From an uncultured virus (IMG/VR IMGVR_UViG_3300008267_009160) (taxonomy: Duplodnaviria; Heunggongvirae; Uroviricota; Caudoviricetes), in the IMG/VR virus record IMGVR_UViG_3300008267_009160, positions 1 to 64,000 of that record: DNA of 64,000 nucleotides; one strand, given 5' to 3'. Under the pieces are notes generated by a model, which saw nothing but the letters and a program-made list of their open reading frames with translations, did no database searches and had not been told where the DNA came from. This document shows, in pieces, positions 58,130-64,000 of the stretch. A program made the position numbers and the translations under genes. Within the stretch, counting starts at the first letter, position 1. The number at the start of each line of letters is the position of its first letter.

Positions 58130-61100
58130 TTAACCAGTCCAGTTTATAGAAGGTAGAGTATCTTTTTTTCCACTTGCTGCAATAACATCTAGTTCTGATA
58201 GCATATCCAGTAAATTGCTTTGAGGCATCGTATCTATCTTTCTGCTAGGGTCTTGTCCTGTACCGTGTGTTACAACACAAGGTTTAGGCGCTGTTCGTAA
58301 ACCTTTATCTGGGAATAATATATCATAGCCGGGATTAAATTTGAATCCAGGAGCTAAGATACCGTCCTTGATAAAGGTTAGTAGTAGATTAGCTAATGCT
58401 GATATTTGAACGCTTGTTAGAGATTGCCATAAGTTATGTCCTCGATAAACCGGATAAGAGAGATGACACTCATCGTAAGGTATGGCTCGCTCGCCGCTAT
58501 AATTTAATATTTGACCGCTAGAAGTACACAGCAAGGCAGGACCGTAAGATTCCATTTCAATTCCTATACTATTAGCATTCATACTAGGAGATGCACCCCA
58601 AGTCGGATCACCGTAGTGGTTAGATTTCCATTTTTTAAATCCTCTAAATCCAGCTATCTTTCCTGTTCGTCCGATAGTAAAATCAGCACTGGCAGGGTTT
58701 ACATCTACGGATCTATTCCAGGTGTTTTGATAGTGTGTTAGCGGATTGTCGTAACTCGATACCGTGTAGTGTATGGTTACATATTTAAAGATGCCGCTGG
58801 CATTACCTTTTGCTGCTCTGGTCCAAGTCTTTCCATCGGTAATAGATGCCATTTGGAAAGCAAAAGGTTGATTATTATAGTCTGATGCTTTTTCTTTACA
58901 GTTGAGTACGGCTTGAACTGGAACTCCTTGAGCAGCTGTTCTTAGAGGAAAAGTTTTCTTTACATCAGCCCATTTCTTAACACCGATTTTTCCACGTTCT
59001 GCTGCGGGAACATACTTATTAATATCCTCCAGGGTTGCAATTTTAAGAGCTTTGCCGGAACATTTAGCTGCTTTCTTTGTTGTACTGTAAGTCGGCGTAC
59101 CTACTACTTCTTGCTTTTCAGGTGGTTTGTAAGCTCCTTTCTTTATAGACTGGTTTAAGACAGATGCTGCTACCTTAACATTTTTAGGTAGATTAATCAT
59201 AGATCCCTTTATGGTAGTATTCCATGCGTTATTAGAAATATCATGTGTTATTCCGGATACAATAAATCCTACTTTAGGGAGTCCGTTAGTTTTGTACTTT
59301 GAAGGAAGTCTATCTCCTGGAATGCAAAATCCTTCATACAGCACCAGGTTACTTATTCCTGCCATAGTCAAGTTGATTGATATCGGCATAATACCGTTAG
59401 CACTTACTCCCATAGTCGCTCCTCCTGCTTCACCGGGGTTCGATTTAAGAAGAGTTGCAGCAGTAATGTAGTAGTTCTTAGCAGCGTCCAGATTTTGAAT
59501 TTTAACCTCTCTAGGAGCTGCTAAGGAGTTAGCAGAGTAGAATCGAAACATAAACTCATTAAAGCTTTGAGCTTCTTGTAGCACTCCAGCATTATCTACC
59601 GGTTGAACCGGCCCTGATTTTTGCTCGGTTTTTTGACCGGCATCAGTAGTTTTATTTTTCATAAGTCTGTCTACTACACCGGCATTAAACTCGGCAAAAG
59701 TAGAACCGTCTTTATTAAGGGTTGATACCTGATTGCCGGGGTCCATTGCTGTGATTGCAAGCATAGATCCTAGCTTGGTGCTAAATTCAGTATTAAGGGA
59801 GAAGCTCTTAGCAACCGAAGGTAGTCCTGTAACAGGTATTCCTTGGTATATACTCGACTCTTTACCTTTTGGGTTTGCATCTAATATCTGGTCGTCGTAT
59901 ATTGTAAGAGTATTGCTGTCGTCGTCATATCCTACTCTAAATTCATTAACATTACCTAAACTTTTTTGTACATCTGTTAGAATTTGCTCTAAAAAAGCTG
60001 CTAGAGTAACGTTAAAATTTCTATCACTATCTGTAAAATTTCTTATAACTCCTAGAAGGTAATCTACATTCAAATAGATCTCCATTATTCTTCCTTCGGT
60101 ATCACTTGCTTTATACTTGCAGTTTTTTAAAAAAGAAGAACCGAAAGGACTTCCCGTTGGTGAAAAGAGCTCTGCTGTGTTTACAGCTGTATTAGGTACA
60201 CTACCTGGGCTTACTTTGTTAATTGTGAAAAGCTTTCCGTAATCAGCATCTGATGCATCTAAGGGTACTATGCAGACTGTAGGATCGGCAGAAAACTGGT
60301 GATTAGTTCTATAACAGAGGTTATTGTTAGGATTAAAGTTTAAGTAGATTAAGGGTTTTTTCTGATTAGCGCTTTTGTTAAACTCGTAAATCATGGCCGA
60401 GTTATGTATGTAGGCTAATAGCAATCCTAGTTTGATATAGCAGTAGAGAGATTGAGAGGTGGTTGCTTCATCTCCGGTATCTCCAGATACTGAACTGAAA
60501 GGTACTAGTAGAACGCTATCTAATCCAGCAAGAGCGTTTCCGCCTGTTGATTTTCCTGTTAGTAAATATTCAGGGTCGTTTCCGTTTTGAAAAGCACTCA
60601 CTACCTCGGGTGCTGCTGTCGAACCACCAGACCATAGTCCTAACCCTGGTGCAAAGTAAGTAGTCGCAATATCCGGAATTGTTGTCTCCACAGGGGTGGG
60701 GTCAGCAGCCGTTAACGTAGTTGTTGCGATAGGTTCAGAAAGAGATCCGGTAGATCCAAATCTTAGTTTCATATCTACTAAGAATCCTTCTAGAGCAGAA
60801 GCCGGTGCAGATCTACCATCTAATAAAGCTTGGTATTGGGATACTGCATCAGCAGCCTCTCCGTTACCGGCTGAAGGAGCTCCTTCTCCGCCGCTATTTG
60901 ATCCGGCGTTTGCACTTGCTAGTAGTTGTTTTCCAATTTTTGAATCAGGGAAAGAAGATATGTTATTTATCTTCAAAGAATCTGTAACGCTACCTATACC
61001 TGTTAATTTTAAAGTACAGTCGTAACTACCATCCGGACCAACACTCCAGTTGAAGTTAGTTACTGTTCCTAACATACCGTCGTAGTTGCCGTCTGTCTTT

Positions 61101-61717
61101 CTTCTAATCTGGTAAATCTTTCTTAGAAGATCTTCTTTAGAAAGGTCTTCATCTTTAAAGACGTCCACCGTGATTGAATCATCTGCTGTATCGAAAGTGT
61201 CATTGTTCTTAATGTATGAACTATGTCCCCACTCTAATAAACAGGTAAATCCGGTTCTAAAAAATAAAGCATCTATAACATCTAACTGAGCTAGGTTATT
61301 GACTCTAAATTTAACATCAGCTACTTTAAGAGATCCTAGGGTACCTACTGTATTTATTGTTGCTGATGTGATGCCGGGCATAGGTCTGTATCCGAATTCA
61401 TCTAAAGCTTTTACTCCTATGTTGTAGGAAGCATCCCAAGATCTCAACCTAGATCCTCCACCAGCAGTCTCAATTGCTGTACCTCCAAACAGTACCCATT
61501 TTCTAGCAAGATTTACTCCACCTTCACCGAGACTTTTTACTAAGTCGCCACCAATAACGGATGCTAGAGAAGTAAGTTTGATCCAGCAGTTATTATCGGA
61601 TATAAATTCTATGTTTTTATTATCCCTAGCTTCGGTCTTAACTAGTTGTCTACTTCTAGCAAAGATCTGCCCTATAGCTTCGTTATTTATCGGAGAACCT
61701 ATTAAATTTTTTGCCAT
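58130..61717 (-). CDS. baseplate hub/tail protein with C-terminal amidase_2-like domain
   Basis: Hub-like motifs (PMPGITS, LLEWG, ITHDISNNAWNTTI); C-terminal TIHYT, ADFTIGRTG, NSIGIEM, VVTH, KID. Confidence 0.72.
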   Translation of the reverse strand: MAKNLIGSPINNEAIGQIFARSRQLVKTEARDNKNIEFISDNNCWIKLTSLASVIGGDLVKSLGEGGVNLARKWVLFGGTAIETAGGGSRLRSWDASYNIGVKALDEFGYRPMPGITSATINTVGTLGSLKVADVKFRVNNLAQLDVIDALFFRTGFTCLLEWGHSSYIKNNDTFDTADDSITVDVFKDEDLSKEDLLRKIYQIRRKTDGNYDGMLGTVTNFNWSVGPDGSYDCTLKLTGIGSVTDSLKINNISSFPDSKIGKQLLASANAGSNSGGEGAPSAGNGEAADAVSQYQALLDGRSAPASALEGFLVDMKLRFGSTGSLSEPIATTTLTAADPTPVETTIPDIATTYFAPGLGLWSGGSTAAPEVVSAFQNGNDPEYLLTGKSTGGNALAGLDSVLLVPFSSVSGDTGDEATTSQSLYCYIKLGLLLAYIHNSAMIYEFNKSANQKKPLIYLNFNPNNNLCYRTNHQFSADPTVCIVPLDASDADYGKLFTINKVSPGSVPNTAVNTAELFSPTGSPFGSSFLKNCKYKASDTEGRIMEIYLNVDYLLGVIRNFTDSDRNFNVTLAAFLEQILTDVQKSLGNVNEFRVGYDDDSNTLTIYDDQILDANPKGKESSIYQGIPVTGLPSVAKSFSLNTEFSTKLGSMLAITAMDPGNQVSTLNKDGSTFAEFNAGVVDRLMKNKTTDAGQKTEQKSGPVQPVDNAGVLQEAQSFNEFMFRFYSANSLAAPREVKIQNLDAAKNYYITAATLLKSNPGEAGGATMGVSANGIMPISINLTMAGISNLVLYEGFCIPGDRLPSKYKTNGLPKVGFIVSGITHDISNNAWNTTIKGSMINLPKNVKVAASVLNQSIKKGAYKPPEKQEVVGTPTYSTTKKAAKCSGKALKIATLEDINKYVPAAERGKIGVKKWADVKKTFPLRTAAQGVPVQAVLNCKEKASDYNNQPFAFQMASITDGKTWTRAAKGNASGIFKYVTIHYTVSSYDNPLTHYQNTWNRSVDVNPASADFTIGRTGKIAGFRGFKKWKSNHYGDPTWGASPSMNANSIGIEMESYGPALLCTSSGQILNYSGERAIPYDECHLSYPVYRGHNLWQSLTSVQISALANLLLTFIKDGILAPGFKFNPGYDILFPDKGLRTAPKPCVVTHGTGQDPSRKIDTMPQSNLLDMLSELDVIAASGKKDTLPSINWTG

Positions 61718-61718
61718 A

Positions 61719-62021
61719 CTACTTTACGTTAAGCCTATTGTACTGTCTTAAGATAGCACTTACATCAACGGGTACTCTGAGCTGTATTCCCGGTTCTGGG
61801 AATAGAGTATCACAAGGTAGGTTGTTTGCTGTAGGTATAATCCACCATAGTGTCTTATCTCCGTAGTAGTTATGTGCTAGGAGATCGTACCTATCTTGTT
61901 GAGTTGATATAAGGTAAATATCGTTATTTGTTGGCGCAATATGCGGGTAGTAATTGGTTGTATAGAGCCTCTTACCTGAATCGCTTTTTACTACTTCTAT
62001 ATCTTGGTATCTGCGGTTCAT
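61719..62021 (-). CDS. LysM-like baseplate wedge protein
   Basis: DRYDLLAHNYYGDKTLWWIIPTAN, PGIQLRVP. Confidence 0.8.
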   Translation of the reverse strand: MNRRYQDIEVVKSDSGKRLYTTNYYPHIAPTNNDIYLISTQQDRYDLLAHNYYGDKTLWWIIPTANNLPCDTLFPEPGIQLRVPVDVSAILRQYNRLNVK

Positions 62022-62025
62022 ACTT

Positions 62026-64000
62026 TTACGCTTTTAACTGTTGTTGGAAAGAAAGAGGTGTTATATTAGTAGCACTTGTACTACGGCGAGGTAAGAAGTC
62101 ATGTATAGGCGTAAACTGACAGCTAACATCTACTAGCTGAGGAGCTTCAAACATATCACCGTCTAGGTTAATTTCCCAAGGGTAACTGTCTGCAACTGTT
62201 ATATTCATACTAGTAAGAAATCCGGGTTGTTTATAAATATAATCACCTAGAGTCAATTTAACAACTGGGCTTCTCATAAATCCGCTAGATTGGTAATCTG
62301 GATATAGTTGTGATTGTAGGAAGTTCAACTTCTGATACATGGGTTTAAGTTCTTGCTTTGATTCTGCTGCAAGCTTAAAATTAAAAGAAAGAGTTCTTGA
62401 AAATCCATTGTATACGTAAAAGTTCTCACCTCTACCTACATATCTAAACGGTGATAATTCTGCAGTATTATTATCAGAGAAAGAAGTTAAATAGGCTCTA
62501 AAGAGGACAGGTATAACAGCTCCACTGTACATTAAGGCTTCAAATCTAAACTTAATAAGATCTGCAATAGATTTTTCCGGGTCATAGTCTTGCCCGACTG
62601 GTGCTGCTGTTACTTTATCAGATCGGCCAGGTCCTGCAATACCGATTCTACTCTGAAGATTGTTAGTAGTGTAATCTACAAGCTTGTAGCCTATTTTATC
62701 TGGAGAGAAAGAACCTGCTCCACCTGCTGCTCCTTCTATCGTACTTCTAAAATCAGTTAAGTTAGCATCAGTCCATTTTTTTCCAGATGCACCTAATACC
62801 GATTGTTTGTAGAGTAAGCTATAGTTAAAAGTTTTAGCCCCGTTATTAGAGTTGTTTGGGTCGCCTGGGTTAGCACTAGAGTTAAGGGTATCGGTTTTAT
62901 CTCCAGTATTTGTTTCTCTTTTTAGAATTACTTTATCACTAGGGCCGATTGGGTACTCATATATAACATTTGGATTAGAAGGATTAGTAGTTACCTTATC
63001 GTTTCCTTTTATAATTTGCTTATCGGAAAAATCAGCAGACTTGCCGATTAGTTTTCCTGCTAACACTGCTAACCTACTCTCGTTATTAACGTCTACGGTA
63101 TTGTTTGTTAAAGTTTGACCGTAAGGAACAGATCCGAAAAGACCTGCTTTAGCAACTGTTACAGTTTTGTCGACATACGCTGTTGTCTGTAAAAGTTCTT
63201 TTAATGTTTTATAGGTTCCGTTTTGATACAAAGGTATCGGCGGGTTTACGTCGTATAGCGGACTTGTATCAAAATCTGGATTTCTTTTTATAATGGTTTG
63301 GCCAATACCTCTCTTTGCTCCTGGACCTCCTTCATACTTTAGTAAGGTAAATCGATCTTCTGGAATAAAAAGGTTCTTATTAGCAGTTGTGGTTTGCTTA
63401 GTAAATATTTTAGCTTTTAAAAGAGCTACAAGTCTATTGTCTGTATCAGGTTTTGCTTTATTAGAAGTCTGAGTATATTTTACGTAGCCAGGAGCGTTAG
63501 CTTGTAGATCTTCTGGTTTGGTAATAAGAATATCCTGCAGTGTTGCATTTACTCCTTGAGCATTTGCGTAGAGAGATGTTGCAGGATTGGCTTTATATAG
63601 ATCAGAGTTATCTTGGTATCTCTGTATAGTAGTTGTTCCGAGACCTCTTTCAGAATTAGGGCCTCCCGGATACTGTATTAAGGTTGTTCTATCTTGAGGA
63701 ATGTACAGGTTCTTATTTGTTGTTGTTTCTGCACTATACATCTTAGAGCGGAGTAAAGCTACTAATCTGTTATCGGTATTAGGTCTTTCTAGATTCGACT
63801 GTTCTGTGTATTTGAGATAACCTGCTTTAGTTGACTTTAATCCTTCTTTTGTAAGTACGTATATATCCGCCAAAGTAGTAGTCTCTCCTTCTTGATTCTT
63901 ATAAAGAGAAGAAGCAGGATTTGTTCTCAGCAAATCTGAGTTATCAGCATATCTAGGGATGGTTGTTAATCCTATACCGTATACTGATCCAGGTCCGCCT
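62026..64000 (-). CDS. baseplate/tail-tube-initiator-like protein with N-terminal repeats, 5' end beyond window
   Basis: Frame stays open to the window end; C-terminal FRAYLTSFSD, YVGRGE, LTLGD, PWEI. Confidence 0.72.
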   Translation of the reverse strand, partial: GGPGSVYGIGLTTIPRYADNSDLLRTNPASSLYKNQEGETTTLADIYVLTKEGLKSTKAGYLKYTEQSNLERPNTDNRLVALLRSKMYSAETTTNKNLYIPQDRTTLIQYPGGPNSERGLGTTTIQRYQDNSDLYKANPATSLYANAQGVNATLQDILITKPEDLQANAPGYVKYTQTSNKAKPDTDNRLVALLKAKIFTKQTTTANKNLFIPEDRFTLLKYEGGPGAKRGIGQTIIKRNPDFDTSPLYDVNPPIPLYQNGTYKTLKELLQTTAYVDKTVTVAKAGLFGSVPYGQTLTNNTVDVNNESRLAVLAGKLIGKSADFSDKQIIKGNDKVTTNPSNPNVIYEYPIGPSDKVILKRETNTGDKTDTLNSSANPGDPNNSNNGAKTFNYSLLYKQSVLGASGKKWTDANLTDFRSTIEGAAGGAGSFSPDKIGYKLVDYTTNNLQSRIGIAGPGRSDKVTAAPVGQDYDPEKSIADLIKFRFEALMYSGAVIPVLFRAYLTSFSDNNTAELSPFRYVGRGENFYVYNGFSRTLSFNFKLAAESKQELKPMYQKLNFLQSQLYPDYQSSGFMRSPVVKLTLGDYIYKQPGFLTSMNITVADSYPWEINLDGDMFEAPQLVDVSCQFTPIHDFLPRRSTSATNITPLSFQQQLKA

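Overview
AT-rich 64-kb segment of a large tailed dsDNA phage (jumbo/T4-like gene content), probably infecting a Bacteroidota host. The host inference rests on repeated TTG-N20-TAnnTTTA promoters and A-rich start contexts without Shine-Dalgarno sequences. Almost everything is on the minus strand in the standard genetic code. From left to right: early-type genes including a RadA-like ATPase; a ~23-kb glycosyltransferase/nucleotide-sugar locus (gmd, ColD-like, fcl-like, GT11, GT10, GT2, GT4, GT25, FkbM, split TPP enzyme) interrupted by a Cas4-like nuclease and PolA; an RNA-rich island (27.6-33.8 kb) with 10 tRNAs, one tRNA-like element, several unexplained structured RNAs and a ~870-nt GOLLD-like RNA; groEL/groES/hsp20; a 7-deazaguanine cluster (folE, queD, queE, queC, queF, DpdA/TGT-like, PurN-like formyltransferase, kinase); class II RNR, helicase, 5'-3' exonuclease, RecA, SSB, a second PolA-like gene; and tail/baseplate genes. 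The strongest new candidate is a ribosome-dependent attenuator at 32730-32890. Its 26-codon leader (core TTPTTSWQEP) contains the codons read by the five tRNAs (Trp, Thr, Pro, Gln, Glu) encoded behind its terminator, together with an RNA-repair-type HAD phosphatase. This looks like a phage sensor that switches on replacement tRNAs when those tRNAs are depleted. All calls are by eye from motifs; no searches were run.
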